Below are positions 1-13,880 of a stretch of 64,000 nt of DNA, one piece after another. Origin of the DNA: Octopus vulgaris (taxonomy: Eukaryota); NCBI GenBank assembly GCA_951406725.2, contig OX597823.1:1054001-1118000 (forward strand). The letters are read 5' to 3'. The notes below the pieces were generated by a model that was given only the letters and a program-made list of their open reading frames with translations, had not been told where the DNA came from and searched no databases. The position numbers were made by a program, and so were the translations under genes. The first letter of the stretch is position 1. Each line of letters opens with the position of its first letter.

Positions 1-272
1 AGGTCTTGGGTGTGTTCAATGGGAGATATTATTCGGTGTCCGTAATTTTATAGCAAATGTCTGCTGTCTCTACTTAGTTGTTGACTTTATAAGGACGTCT
101 AAAAATGGGAATTTCTCATGACTATATTCCACCGGGAATTGAATATCTTCATTAATTCCATGAGAAATATTTCAAATTCTTTTAGTTTCTCTAGACTTTC
201 ATTCTATAGAATGAAGCAGTCGTTGAGGTACCTTTTCCAGTTTTCTTGTATGTATATGGAGAAAGAGGTTCT
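1..272 (-). pseudogene. Penelope-like element RT fragment (degenerate, continues off window)
   Basis: Minus strand reads FSIYIQENWKRYLNDCFIL and FLDVLIK, homologous to the WKRYLDDCFILW / FLDILIK motifs of the PLE at 3712; abuts a (TA)n tract. Confidence 0.8.
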
Positions 273-1228
273 ATATATATATGTCTGTACTTGTGTATGT
301 GTATGTGTGTGTGTATTATGTGTGCGTGTGCGTGTGTGTGCGAGCGTGTTTGTATATTTGGACAGTAAGCATGAGTAGTCATCGTTTGCAAAATACATTC
401 TCGCAAAGCCCATCTCCTCGATTGGTCAGCTGCCCTGGTCGATACTTGGGCCAAAGAAGGCTAACTTCTTTATTTCTGTCAAGTGTTGTCAAGTAGTTCC
501 AGTTCTGTAGATCAGTCGGACTCTACGGTCGACGTCTGTCATAGAAACATATCGTATGATGACGCCATTAGGAAAGAATAAAACAGAAGTAGTCGGAACT
601 ATATTTGAACACTACTAACATTACCTCCTTGTTCAACCTTTCTTGCCATATCTTACTACTACTACTACTACTACTAAATCCACCCCACCACCACTAGTAG
701 TGGTATTAGCAGCAGCAGCAACAATAGTGGTAGTAGTCGTAGTAGTAGCGTTTAGACACATTTTCAAATAAGAAACATTACGTTGAATTCTATAATAATT
801 ACGAAAATGACAATGCTTATATCAATATTATAATTCTATTAGAGTCGGAAATTAATATTTCTATATTTATACGATTAAAAAAAAACATACTTAACATATC
901 AAATACTTCTTTTGTGTGTATAAGATGTTTATGAGAGGAAAAGAGCGACAGAAGCTGTTATTGGTTGGACTGCATAAACATGGAAGAAAACAGAGAAAAT
1001 TGTGAAAACAAAATGGAAATTGTGAAGTTATATGTATGTGTGTGTGTGTGTGTGTGTTTGTGTGTGCGTGTGAATTATGTGCATGTGTGAATATGTATGT
1101 ACTTATGTTTCTGTGTGTGTATAAATGTATATATGATTATATAAGTATGCAAATACACACACATATATGTCTATATATATTACACGCACACATATTTGTG
1201 TATATATATGTATATGAATATATATATT

Positions 1229-1292
<64 letters not shown>

Positions 1293-2141
1293 CATATACA
1301 TATACATATACATATATATATATATATAGCACAATATCATATTTAACAACACTGCATTTTTAATATGTGATCTGTTTCATAAATTACAGGTTGAAATTGA
1401 AATTTAAAATTTAAAGATATTTTTTGTTCGTCGAGGAAATATCGATATGGATATTTGAAATTGAAGAACGAAGAATGAAAATAAAGCACAATTATATTTC
1501 CTTAACTATGTTTGGCACCAAACACCTATTGAGTTTATTTGGTATAAAGTTCTGACAATGAAGATAGTTTGGGTTCCGATATTTGTTTACTGGTGCCAGT
1601 TTGGTAGATGCTAACGTGAAGGAAGAAAAAGTGATTCCGTTGAATTTAACAGAAGCGTTCCTTCATGTCGGAAGGACTTTATTTAATCTCTGCATAATTA
1701 TTCTCTTCTTTTCTAATTCTTTATATTCTTCGGGTAAATAAGATGTTTGTTCCAACGAAGAACGAAAACATCATATTTAGATAACATAACGTATAGAGTT
1801 ATTTCTTGATTTTCATAAAATTTTAATATATTTTTCGCTGTTGGTCATAAAAATTCCGTTTGCAGAATACAAAATTAGAGGGTCTGGTCTATTTGTGTAC
1901 TTGAAAGACCTCAGGTTTTCGAAAGTATTAATCAAACACTTATAACCGACGGCAGAAGTTGAGGTTTGTTTTTAAGCAAAAAGAGACATCTCGAAGCGCC
2001 AATGATAATAAAAACAAAACGTAAACCATGCACCCCACCGCACGCATACACACAGACGCACAAACACACCTACGTACATACACACGGATACACATAAACA
2101 AATATGTATGCATATATGTGTGTGTGTATGTATGTACGTAC

Positions 2142-2430
<289 letters not shown>

Positions 2431-2789
2431 TGAAGCTGCGTTCTTTTTGTTTGTTTGTGCGCATGCGTGTGGGTCTGTGTGTGTGCGCATACACATGTAT
2501 GCATGCATGTATGTATGTATGCATATATGTGTGTGTGTGTGCGTATGTATATATGTATGTATATGTGTACATTTTTATGTACGTATTCTGAATATTCATG
2601 TGTTTGTGTATTTGTGTGTGTTTATGTGTGTGTGTTTATGTGTGTGTGTGTGTTTGCATGTCTGTACCTCTGTCTCCTTGTGTGTGCCTGTCTGAGTGTG
2701 TCTGTGTGTGTGTATGGGTTTTTGTGACCATGTCCTGTGTCTGTATGTATGGATGTGTGTCTCCATATGTATCCTTGGGTGGGTCCGAT

Positions 2790-2888
2790 CCAGCCACTCC
2801 AGCCACTCCAGCCACTCCAGCCACTCCAGCCACTCCAGCCACTCCAGCCACTCTAGCCACTCCAGCCACTCCAGCCACTCCAGCCACT
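2790..2888 (+). repeat. 9-bp minisatellite (CCAGCCACT) x11
   Basis: Direct reading; one variant unit CTAGCCACT. Confidence 0.95.
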
Positions 2889-3075
2889 CTGAAGTGCTTT
2901 TCTTTACTGCTGAGGTCATGGTGGGTGGTCTTCCCTTCTGTGACCTGGTGAAGCAGAATCTACTGAGGTCATGGTCGTCTAATTAGTCACGGTCACAGTT
3001 CAGTCTAAGGAGGAGACCCACTTCCTTCGTGTTGACTTCATGGAGCTCTACTTCCCTAAAAATGAACGCAGCTGG

Positions 3076-3216
3076 GATAACGGACAGAGTCAACAACTAT
3101 TAAAGAGGTTGCAAGACGCAACGAACATTAAAGAAGGAAATGAGTGGAAATTTTACCGGTGAGCGTTTTAGATTATAAGGGACAAAAAGAGAATGACTCT
3201 CCCCAGACACAGCAGA
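3076..3216 (+). mobile_element. pLTR-like terminal repeat, right copy of the inverted pair
   Basis: Inverted similarity to 2290-2430; gttgc-aagac-gcaac stem-loop at the HHR stem II position, but both core boxes mutated. Confidence 0.55.
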
Positions 3217-3297
3217 ATAGGTTTCAACAAACAAACTCACATAAAGAATCTTGCATGAGAGAGAGAGAGAGGTAGGGAGAGAGAGAGAGAGAGAGAG

Positions 3298-3344
<47 letters not shown>

Positions 3345-3731
3345 AAGACGGAGAGAGGTAAGTTGTTGATTCCGAAGTAATTGACTAGAAAGGTTTTCTT
3401 CATTTTAATTTACAACACAATAAACGTTCCCCTTGCCTGGTCAGCTGACCTTCACAGCAGTTTCTTGTTTTTGTTCTCCGTCGACAAGAAAGACTTATAC
3501 GGCTGATTGCATCAAGTGTTTGGATGAGGACCTTTTACCAAGGCTTATATTGCAGTGTGTGTGTGTGTGTGTGTGTACATTCATGTATATAAGTATATAT
3601 ACATGTATGTATTGTATACATGTATACTATACATATATGCATGTATATGTGTGTGTATGTAAGTATATATATATATATACTTTTATGCCAAAGAATGAAA
3701 CAGTCATCTAGGACAAAAATCGGGGACTGCG

Positions 3732-4931
3732 ATGGGTACACGAATGGCCCCCTCCTTTGCCAACCTAGTCATAGGATATCTAGAGATCAGTCTGTATCGT
3801 AAAGTTCTAGAAAGATATGGCAGCCCTTTCTCCATCTACATAGAAAACAACTGGAAGAGATATCTAGATGACTGTTTCATTCTTTGGCATAAAAATATAG
3901 AAAAACTCATAGAATTCCAAGAAATTTGAAACGGACTGGATGTAAACATCCAATTCACGATGGAATATAGCCAGCAACAACTCTCCTTCCTCGATATCCT
4001 CATTAAGAAAGCTAATAATGTAATAGAAACAGGCATATATTATAAGCCTACAGATTCTAAGCAATATCTTCCATTCAATTCATGCCACCCCAGACACACC
4101 AGGATGAATATCCCCTTCAATCTAGCAAAAAGGATATGTACTATAGTTTCCAATGCAAACACCTGAGACACACGACTACAAGAACTAAAAGATACCCTTA
4201 TCACCAGGAACTATCCACCTTCACTTATTGATATGTGCATTCAACGTGCCCTTCAACTTAACATCAAGGAACTGAGACACCCCAAATCAAAGAAAAACTT
4301 ACGACCAAAAGCCTTACCATACATCTCCACACACAACCCTCTCAATAATGAAGCCTTCGGCACCATCCTTCACAACATACCCCTCCTAAAAAAAGACCAC
4401 AGAATGAACACAATCCTCCAAACACACACGATCATAAAAAGCAAGAGACAGCCTAAATCTATGAAAAGTCTCCTAACACAAGCCCGAATACACTCTTCAA
4501 CACAGAAGCCGACAGTAAAAAAATGTGGAAGACCCAATTGCGGGATATGCGATTATCTAATTGAGGGATCAGAGTTCTCTTTCAAACAAGGACAACGGTT
4601 TACAGTGAAAAGCAACTTCACATGTGCTTCGGAGAACCTAATATACTCACTAACCTGCTCCGGGTGTCAAGAGCAGTACATAGGCCAAACAAAAAATAGT
4701 TTGCGTAAAAGAATGGCCCTGCACAGATCCCAGATAAAAATTCCTCAAAACAGAAAAATAGCTTTTAGCCAACACATAGATACTTGCGCCAACAACAAAA
4801 CACCAGGCTTCAGGATTTTCCCCCTCTACCAATTTAGGGACGATACAACCTTGAGACAACGAATAAGTAAAGAAACTCTCTTTATTACAAAATACAGGCC
4901 ACTTCTTAACGGGTCTACGACAAACGGTTAA
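3732..4931 (+). pseudogene. PLE reverse transcriptase + GIY-YIG endonuclease (two in-frame stops)
   Basis: Single frame: MGTRMAPSFANL, WKRYLDDCF, FLDILI, YYKPTDSKQYLPFNSCHP, CGRPNCGIC, NLIYSLTCSGCQEQYIGQT; stops at 3927-3929 and 4164-4166. Confidence 0.92.
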
Positions 4932-5584
4932 TATACCTCAACTTTAGAATAAAAGAAATACACACACAAATATTACATTCCAAAGAATCCATTACAAATC
5001 AACCCCAATCACAGCTATAATCCATAACGTGTCAACTTCAATTCATACAACACCTCACTACTTTCACCCATTCATATTCTCCCTTCTCTTTTTTCTTCTT
5101 CTTCTTCTTCATCTTCTTCATCATCATCATTATCATCATCATCGTCGTCATCATCATCACCATCATCATCATCTTCTTCTCCTCTTTCTCCTTCTTCTTC
5201 TTCTTCTTCTTCTTCTTCTTCTTCTTCTTCTTCTCCACCTTCTACCTCTTAACTTTATCACTAATCCTTTTTAGTATAACACCTACGCAGATTCCATAAA
5301 CAAACCTTTCAATAGAAATATTCTCCTGAATTGAACTGCAACTCTAGCCGCCACTGACCATTCAAAATACGACCATCAAGGCACTCCCAAATTTTTCCAC
5401 CCCCTCTCCTCATCAACCTTCTTCTTCTTCTACCCTACCAAGAATTCACAACGGCCTCGAACACACAAGTGCAAACAAGGGAGACAGAGAAAGGCAGAAT
5501 GCCACTTATATTTGAACACTATACAAATATTCCTTTAAAAAAACTTTTCTTTTAATTTTTCTAAATTTAATTATTTAATCGTTA

Positions 5585-5622
5585 CAGTTGAAAAGGTCTC
5601 AAAATGACCGAAACCGGTACTG
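5585..5622 (+). ncRNA. Minimal type I hammerhead ribozyme, U3-A8 core variant
   Basis: cag-TTGAAAA-ggtc(tcaaaat)gacc-GAAA-ccgg-TA-ctg; palindromic helix III as in PLE HHRs. Confidence 0.8.
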
Positions 5623-5771
5623 AAATGTTCTTTATAAAATTATTTTAGCATTTTCTATTTTGACTTGTTTTTTCATATATATCAACTCGTGTGTTCCTTT
5701 TCACCCTAATACATATATATATATACAAAATGTAAATACATGTATATGTATATATATATATGTGTGTGTGA

Positions 5772-5822
<51 letters not shown>

Positions 5823-6202
5823 CATACATACATACATACACACACAAAATATATAATTATACAAATATATTCGTTCGAGATGAGCGAATTAGATTTAACT
5901 TGCATATAAGTGTGAACATTTGTATATGCGCTTGTGAATACATTATATTCGTATGGGTGTGTATAAACGTTTATAATTATGTACCTTATGTTGTACCATA
6001 CTAAAGACCGTAAAGGGAGTTACATCCCCAAAAACTAGAAATAGATCTATGGTTAAACCATTAAAAAAAACCTCTTTTGTTCATTTCCGTGCCAATGTGG
6101 TAAATAAAGTAGTTCTTAGAGCCATTTGGCGTCTATTTCTAGCATGTCGCGCTACTCATTAGTGCCCTTACTATAATTGTATCTATATAATTATATATTT
6201 TG

Positions 6203-6247
<45 letters not shown>

Positions 6248-6412
6248 AACACATACACACACACGCATATATATATGCATATATATACACACATACACAT
6301 ATATATATTTTTCCAATAATAATAATGTATACGGCTTGATATGTTTGCCTTGCTTTAAATTTTGTTCTCCTCTTTAACAATTATATATACACTAAAACAA
6401 ACAAATTTCACA

Positions 6413-6469
<57 letters not shown>

Positions 6470-7150
6470 CACCTTTTATCAATTCAAAATGAACAATTAA
6501 TTTCACCATCTAGAAAATTACATATAATAGAAATATTAAAATTAAAATAACAATAATATACCGATGATTAAGTAAATTGCAAAATAATAATAAAAACCTA
6601 TATATTTGGTATATACCAGATATATACGTTATATATACCAGATATATATATATATTTATAATTGAGGAGGGGGAAAAAGAAAATTACATTGTTTTTGCAA
6701 AAAAATAATAAACATATACAAAAATTAAAAAATAGGTACACCGATACATTGTAAAGTGTTTGTGTATCTTGAGTTCAATGATAGTTCTTGGAAAAATTAC
6801 CTTGGAGGATTGAGATCCACGTGATTAAATCCATGTGGTGTTTAATTTAGGATGTTTGTTAAATGAATGTCAAAACAGGAAATGGGGTAGGAGTTATCCA
6901 GTTCCTGTGAGTAAGGGGAGACAACTCTGTGGATTTTGTGCTCTTCAATTGGGGTTATCAATTTTTTGTAAGACAGGATATTAATAAACCTTTAATTGTA
7001 AAATTATCATTTTAGCTTCATTTGCATTATCTTTTTATATATAATTGTTTGCTAACTTGACATTCAGATTTTAACACTTTATTTATATTGTTTTCTAATT
7101 ATATTAATTTACATAAACCAATTTGTAATTTCATTTCAGATTGTTATGTC

Positions 7151-7214
<64 letters not shown>

Positions 7215-7322
7215 GAATATAATTTTTAGCTTGAAGTGATAACTGCATGATATCCTTATATATTTGTATTAGTCCATCCATGAAGAATGAGGTAGAAAAA
7301 AGAAGTATGATCATCGTGGAGT

Positions 7323-8686
7323 TTACATATTAAGATGCGTTTTGAATTTTTCAATAAAAAGATTCTCCTTGTTAATTCTTTCTTGTGTGGTGATTCCGTC
7401 TTTATATTGGTAGAAATGGAATATGTAAAATTTGGGATTTTTGTTTTTAGCGCACGAGTCTATGTGGCTACTTAGTGGAATTTGACGGTATTCTGGGAGA
7501 TTTATTTGTTCTTTATGGACCGCTACTCTTTTACGTAAAGAGAGGCTCGTTTGTCCAACATAATTATGTTGGCAACCGGCGCATGTGAGAACGTAGATAA
7601 GGTTCTCTCAGGAACAGGAGAAGTTAATCTTGATTCTAAACTTTGTTCCTTGTTTGAAAGTAAATTCAGAGCCTTCAAGTAGGAAGGAGCAGGTGCCACA
7701 GTTTGGGCGTGCACATTTTTTAACTGATGGGGGTGGATGTGTTGTGTGAAGTTTGGCATTTGTCAAGAGTTTTTTCAAAGATTTATGTTGCCTTTTACAT
7801 TTGAGGATTTTATGTGTATTGATAATGTTATTCATTTTTGGGTCTGTTGACAGTAGAGTGTGGTTTTGTATGATTGTGGTGTATGCTTCGATATTTTTGG
7901 GGTTGTGGGTGGAAATGTATGGAAGTATTTTGGGGTTGTGTGTGGTGTTGGGTTGGGTGGTTTTCAGTGTAATGTTGTCGAGTTCTTTGGCACGTTTTAT
8001 TCCATACTCTATAAGGGTGGAGGGATATTAGCGTTGTAATAGTGTTTTTTTGAGGTCTTGAAGGCGTATTTCTCGAGTTTTTGGATCCGAGACAATGGTG
8101 CATAACCTTTTAGCTAAGTTGAAAAGGATATTTATCTTGGTGTGTTTTGGGTGGCATGGGCTAAAGATGAGGTATTGTTGTGAGTCTGTAGGTTTGTGGT
8201 AGATGTCTGTTATGAGTTCGTTCTTAGGTGTTTTTATAATTAGGAGATCAAGGAAAGGGAGATGATGTTTGCTGAATTCGATAGTGAATTGCATGTTGGG
8301 ATGTATGTTGTTCAGTATGGTTTTGAATTCCAGAAGCTTTTCATAAGATTCTTTCCATATGATGAAACAATCATCAAAATACCTTTTCCAGTTTTCCTTT
8401 AGGTAGATGTGGAAAACGTGTCCAAATTTCTGGCGTGATATCTCATACAGTGATAGTTCGAAGAAGCCCATTATGAGGTTCGCAAGGACTGGTGCAGCCT
8501 TGGTACCCATCGCAATACCACATTTTTGACGGTAGTGTGTGTTATCGAAGAGGAAATAATTAATTGTCAGAATGAACTTGAGTGATTCCGTAATGAAGGT
8601 CTTGTTAATGCGGTCAGGGAATGCTTCTGGGTGTTTCTCTAGCCAGAAATCAATTGCCTCAATACCATATTCATGTGGGATGTTGG
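7323..8686 (-). pseudogene. Second Penelope-like element RT + GIY-YIG (5'-truncated, disrupted)
   Basis: NIPHEYGIEAIDFWL, GIAMGTKAAPVLANL, WKRYFDDCF, YHKPTDSQQYL, CARPNCGTC, ends KENLFIEKFKTHLNM*; 5' end abuts (TA)n. Confidence 0.9.
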
Positions 8687-8691
8687 ATCTT

Positions 8692-8764
<73 letters not shown>

Positions 8765-8765
<1 letters not shown>

Positions 8766-9012
8766 AAATAATTGAGATCCATTTGAATTAGGTACTTAAG
8801 TTGAGGCACCAAGTCAGTCCGGCATTATCCACACACCTCAAAGTAAGGTTAGTAAAATCAAAATAAACAAGACATCAAGAAGTGCCTCAGTACAACCGTT
8901 TCAAGCGACCCCATTTAAATTGATGTAATGATTGCATTGTTCAATTAAATGGAGTTGCTTGAAATGGTCGTACTGCATCACTTCTTGATAACCTATTGTT
9001 TATTTTGATTTT
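8765..9012 (-). mobile_element. pLTR 3' end with fold-back inverted duplication (8854-9012)
   Basis: Similar to 47150-47450 (aattaggtacttaa..gaggcacc; ccgtttcaagcg..ccatttaa); imperfect palindrome centred near 8932. Confidence 0.7.
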
Positions 9013-10944
9013 GCATCTGTATCTATCTGTCTATCTATATATATTAGTCACATAATTCGTTAGTATCTTAGCACATCAACAAGTAGAACTTGTACATCTT
9101 AAAGATGTGCTGCTCTTCTATGCAGCTGGGTACCATAGCACTGAATTCCTTGTGAGATAAAAACAACCGTTAGATCTCATGTATTGGTAGTCTTCTGATT
9201 TCTCTACAAATTTGATGACCATTTATTCATCATGTCGGTTGTTGAATAGGTCATAGTCAATGTTTATACATGCTTAAAATTTTGCCCGATGAAGGTGGAT
9301 TTATGTTATGATGTAATCTACGAATGCTTTAATAAAATCCTAGCTGTAGTAAATTTTAAACTCCGTTTGTGTTCTTTATACATGCGTTTCTACAAATCAT
9401 ATGCCTCTTAAGATCAGAGTCCGTATTCTTGGAGTGATTACTGTGCAGTCTGTAGTATCCGTGGGCATCGGATAGATCATCTTCATGGATTCATTTCTTC
9501 AGGTGATATAACATTAATGGATGTTGCTCAGCCGAGTATCCCAGATTTCGGTGTCATTACTACTGCTGCATTACGGGAAATTGTCTTGTAAGAGAAAAAT
9601 ACCGACTGTTATATTCTTTACATTTTAGTTTTCTGCATTTTGGTCAATCTAACTTGGTGTCTTTGTTTACATCCCTATCTCTCTCACCCTCTTCCTCCTC
9701 CTCTCCCTCCTCACATATTCATACACATTAATACCTAAATATTTAGAGCGCCGTGTAGGAGTAGCGAGTCGGAGACACCATTGATAGTGGTTTTTCGTTT
9801 GGCAACCGATTTTCTCACATTCAGTTATCGAGTATAAACATTTTCTTTGACCGAATGAAAATTACAAACTTCAGCTGTTTCTCAGAAATATACTTTAAGA
9901 TTCCTAACCAGGAAATCGTGGATTACATTCATATTTCATCAAGTTGCATACCCCAGCATATATTTTTTTTATCGGACGATATTCCTTTTGAATGACTTTT
10001 AACATCGGAGGCAATCGTGGCTTTTAGTTACAAAGATGGCTGACCAGTTTTCTTGTAAGCTTCTCAACAATAACAACTAATGTAGAATGAATTGTTGTAA
10101 TGCAGGAAATTGAATTAATAACGGAACTTGAATGAAACTCTTCTGTGTAATCAAGTTATACTGTAACAAGGTTTCCACGGTTCTTTTTGTTTTGACATCT
10201 GACAGCTCACACTTTTATTAATTGCCAGAAACTGTGAACAACACAATCTGAAATTCCATTATTCCAACCATCCTGTGTACTATTCTCGATCTTGGACTTG
10301 TAGTGATCCCGGAAGAAATGATTTAAACTACATGTGTAATGTTTAGACATCAAACACGCCTACAGTTTACTGCTAACTCAATGTTTTCATTCTTGTCTAC
10401 AAGATTTCTCCGTGCTTTGATGGCAACGCAGTCTGATTGGTCGACACATCTCTCTCTCTCTCTCTCTCTCTCTCTTCCTGAAACTTCTTTTCTTTCCTTT
10501 TTTTATGCAGCTCCTCTTACAGATTTACTACAAACTTTAGCGTGTAATGTCACCATGGTGATTGTTTCTGATTATATTCAGCCCTCATCTATTATGAATG
10601 AGATCTGTCTTTTCAGTCGAGTTCTTGGATCAATCCGATTTAAAGTTTTCCTGAGAAGAGAATTTTCACAGAAATGCATTTCATTTTGTGACGTATAGAA
10701 GGTCCTCTTAAACCGGCGACACTTCATCCAAAGGTGAATTATTCTGAAAGAAACGAAACCCAAAATGTGAATAAAACTAGATGGAGGGACTTAGACGTTT
10801 ATATTTCGTTTCTGAGTTATTGATTTAAAAAACAGTCAAACTGCAAATTTGCCATTTCCTCTCTCTCCAAATAGTCATCTTTGAATTATCAAAATAACAG
10901 AATATTTCCCAGAATTAGTACAATATACTGACACTGGATGTATC

Positions 10945-11241
10945 ATGGCGACAAGGATCCCAGTTGATCCGATCAACGGAATAGCCTGCTCGTGAGATTA
11001 ACGTCCAAGTGGCCGAGTATTCTAGAGACCCGCATATCCTTGATTCAGGGAGATTCAGCGTGACACAGAATGTGACGAGGCTGGTCCGTTTAAATACAGG
11101 TACAACACTTTTTTGCCAGCTGAGTAAACTGGAGCAACGTGAAATAAAGAATCTAGCTCAAGGACACAACGTGCCGCCGGGAATCGAACTCGCAACCTTA
11201 CGATAGTTAGTCGAATACACTAATCAGTAAGGCACACGCCT

Positions 11242-11245
<4 letters not shown>
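10945..11245 (-). mobile_element. tRNA-derived SINE (family C)
   Basis: Minus strand B box gagttcgattcc followed by ttgtgtccttgagc..tttatttcacgttgctccagt, shared with 52335 and 43180 copies. Confidence 0.75.
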
Positions 11246-11293
<48 letters not shown>

Positions 11294-11435
11294 AGCTTTT
11301 CTGTGAGATTTTCAGGGTCGAGTTAACCAAACGAGTCCCACTCTTACTGAAGACTACACCAATCGTGTACTAACATCGGGTATCTTACCTTCCTTATTAA
11401 CCTCTCTTCCGCCATTTCTAAATCCTGATAAAAAA

Positions 11436-12340
11436 CCCAGTCAATGGACAATGTCCTGAGTTCCTACAAGACCACGCTAGCTGGTGGCAGATACACATGG
11501 AGGCATAACAAAGTGTTGAACGAACGGACTACTTCAATCTGGGGGCAAATGCAGTGGGACGCAACCAATTCAAAAGTGGCCTTCGTAACCAAAGAAGGAA
11601 AGGACTGGGCTGGATTGAAGAAGATAACTGGATATGAATTTGTGGCTGGTGGGAACCTATTTGGACGCGAGGATATTCCTTGGAAATAGCTGCAGACATC
11701 AGTGAGAAGCACAAGAACTACTCAAAGTTCATCACCAAGAATAATTTGTGACCATAGTCTGAACAGAGAACTGGGTGCCAATCGAATTGTCAGTACCATA
11801 CGAAAGCTGCATAGAAGAGCAGCACATCTTTAAAATGAGCAAATATGGTAAGCTGGCAAAGCAGCTGGGGAATGATGGCTACCACTTTACTGTGAAACCA
11901 CTTGAAGTTGTATTGCGAGGATTCTGGCTACATCAGCTTGTCGGCTGCTCGGGCAGTTGGGTATGAAAGGCCTCAGAAGAACTGCCGCAATCAAACGCTT
12001 GTGTGATGTTATTGAAATGAGCTCCATGTGAATATGGGCGAAGAGAAATGACCAATGGACCTAGTTAAGAATTCCATTGGTTATTTACAGGAATAGAAGA
12101 AAGAAGAGAACTGCTTCCTTCGTCGGTCAGAGTGGCAGAGTGGGCTGAAGCACAGACCTAGGAATACTAGTTCACATAAAGAACGATCCAGGTTCAAATC
12201 CCACTGGAGACAGGATTTTGGAAAGCAGCAGGAAGACACTTAGGAGTCATGACCTGGTGGGCCCGGCTCCCGTAGAGTGTCAGGTATAAGGGTTGAAACA
12301 CTTGTCGGATGGGCGTTCTTCCTCTGGAGAACCCTGCTGT
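11436..12340 (+). mobile_element. 3' end of a Hero-like (R2 superfamily) non-LTR retrotransposon: REL endonuclease and 3' UTR
   Basis: VLSS..LAGGRYTWRHNKVL; IELSVPYESCIEEQHIFKMSKY..L..G..PLEV..RGF, typical of Hero-type REL domains; frameshifted. Confidence 0.75.
12275..12335 (+). ncRNA. Putative pseudoknotted/rearranged hammerhead ribozyme (A6G lesion)
   Basis: gagtg-TC-agg..agggt(t)-GAAA-cactt..cct-CTGGAGA-accct; helices III, I and II all form but in permuted order. Confidence 0.45.
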
Positions 12341-12547
12341 GCGCTTGCTTTGCGACGAGTTTCTGTTATTTATAAATCTACTGATAGTCCGTTGATGTTC
12401 AGGAATTGATTGAATGACTACTGGGAAAGTCCGGTTGTCTCCTTGCTGAATAAAGTGGACCCCAAGGGCAAACCTAGGTGGTGTCAATCGGTTTCAAAAC
12501 CCAGAGACTGAATTCAGTATACATATATGCGCGCGCGCGTGTGTGGG

Positions 12548-12790
12548 CGGTTGAAAAGGAACACACGAATTGATATGTATAAGGAAAATAAGACAAGGTA
12601 TCGTAAAGAACATTTTAGTACCGGTTTCAGGCTTTGCGACTTTTTCAACTTAGAATAAAACATGAAAAATAATTAAACTGTGTAAAAATTAAATGAAATG
12701 TTTTCTTTTAAATATCTCCAACGTTTTCAAATGCAAGGGACATTTTCCTTTTTTCTGTCTGTCTCTCTTTTTTACTCTTATGGGTTCTAG
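12548..12790 (-). mobile_element. Diverged pLTR related to the PLE at 3712, with U3-A8 HHR at 12616-12652
   Basis: Minus: ag-TTGAAAA-agtc(gcaaa)gcct-GAAA-ccgg-TA-ct, then aatgttcttta and tcgtgtgttccttttca as at 5620-5705. Confidence 0.75.
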
Positions 12791-13334
12791 GTAGTTAGCA
12801 GCAGCTAGTTTGATATGAATTCTTATTTTTGATGGTTTATATAAATATGAAATGATTTCTATATTTTTTGTCCCTATATTAGATACTAATGTTTACTGAA
12901 ATCATTTAGAAAATTGTCTAAAGTATATTTACATAAATTTCTTAATATAGAATCTGCATGTCAAATGGTAGTAGACATTAAAACCTCTGGAGCACTGATA
13001 GTCTATCTTCCCCTACCCCTCTAACTTCAACATACTGCATTCAAATGTATCTGGACTGAGTTCCTCAGAATAGGAATACATTTATTGGTTTCGACATTTG
13101 TTCTACCCATTCCTATATTTATAAATAGAATAATTCTTTGTCTCCATCCAACCAAAAGTCCCCTCCCCACACACAGATCTAAATAACAAAGTTAAAATCT
13201 ACAGTCAGAGAGTAGATTTAATACTATCAAGTTCTTAAGAATGAAATCAACCTCTCCGTATATCTACCCTCTTTATAATGTTGGCAAACGAAATAGGGAT
13301 AAGAATGTGCATTGTCCGTTTGATTGGATAATTT

Positions 13335-13485
13335 CTATAGGTGGCTTTTGTTCGCCTTGCGATGCCATGTTGGGACCAGACACGAGACTGAAGAGACCGG
13401 AAGGAATTAGTTGCTCTCTGCAACCTGAAAGATATTTCCTCATCCAGGGAGCAAGAACGGCTGAGTGTGCTGTCCAGGTAGACAA
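13335..13485 (-). pseudogene. RTE-clade LINE RT C-terminal fragment
   Basis: YLDSTLSRSCSLDEEISFRLQRATNSFRSLQSRVWSQHGIARRTK resembles the RTE/BovB-type thumb region. Confidence 0.7.
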
Positions 13486-13524
13486 ACAAACAAACAAACA
13501 AACGAACAAACGAACAAATAAACA

Positions 13525-13578
<54 letters not shown>

Positions 13579-13848
13579 TACACGCCTGCCTGCCTATTTA
13601 TTTATCTATCTGTCTGTCTATCTGTCTCTCTCTCTTTATATATATACATATGTGTGTGTGTGCGTGTGCGTGTGTGTCTGGTAGAAGAAACAGGTAGCAT
13701 AGAACTGAATACATGAATATAGATACTATTTTTATTATTTTTATTTGACAGAAAGGCACCCATTGAGTAACTTATTGTAAGTTTTGCCGGATAAGATATA
13801 ACTTTGCTGTCTTTCTCTGCGTCTTTATCAACCCACCCCTCTTTCTGT

Positions 13849-13880
<32 letters not shown>

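Larger units (their letters stand above)
3712..5712 (+). mobile_element. 5'-truncated Penelope-like retroelement with 3' UTR/pLTR, flanked by (TA)n
   Basis: RT + GIY-YIG reading frame followed by a UTR containing a hammerhead motif and ending at a TA microsatellite. Confidence 0.92.

Noticed and set aside
2596-2986. ORFs with WLE/PAT/AGV repeats and possible CRISPR-like array
   Set aside because: Simple 9-bp tandem repeat without spacers
6035-6142. ctagaaatag resembling the engineered sgRNA tetraloop
   Set aside because: Short coincidental match in eukaryotic repeat context; no Cas genes or arrays
9285-9350. ccgatgaagg..stem, HHR-like start
   Set aside because: No GAAA box or helix III downstream
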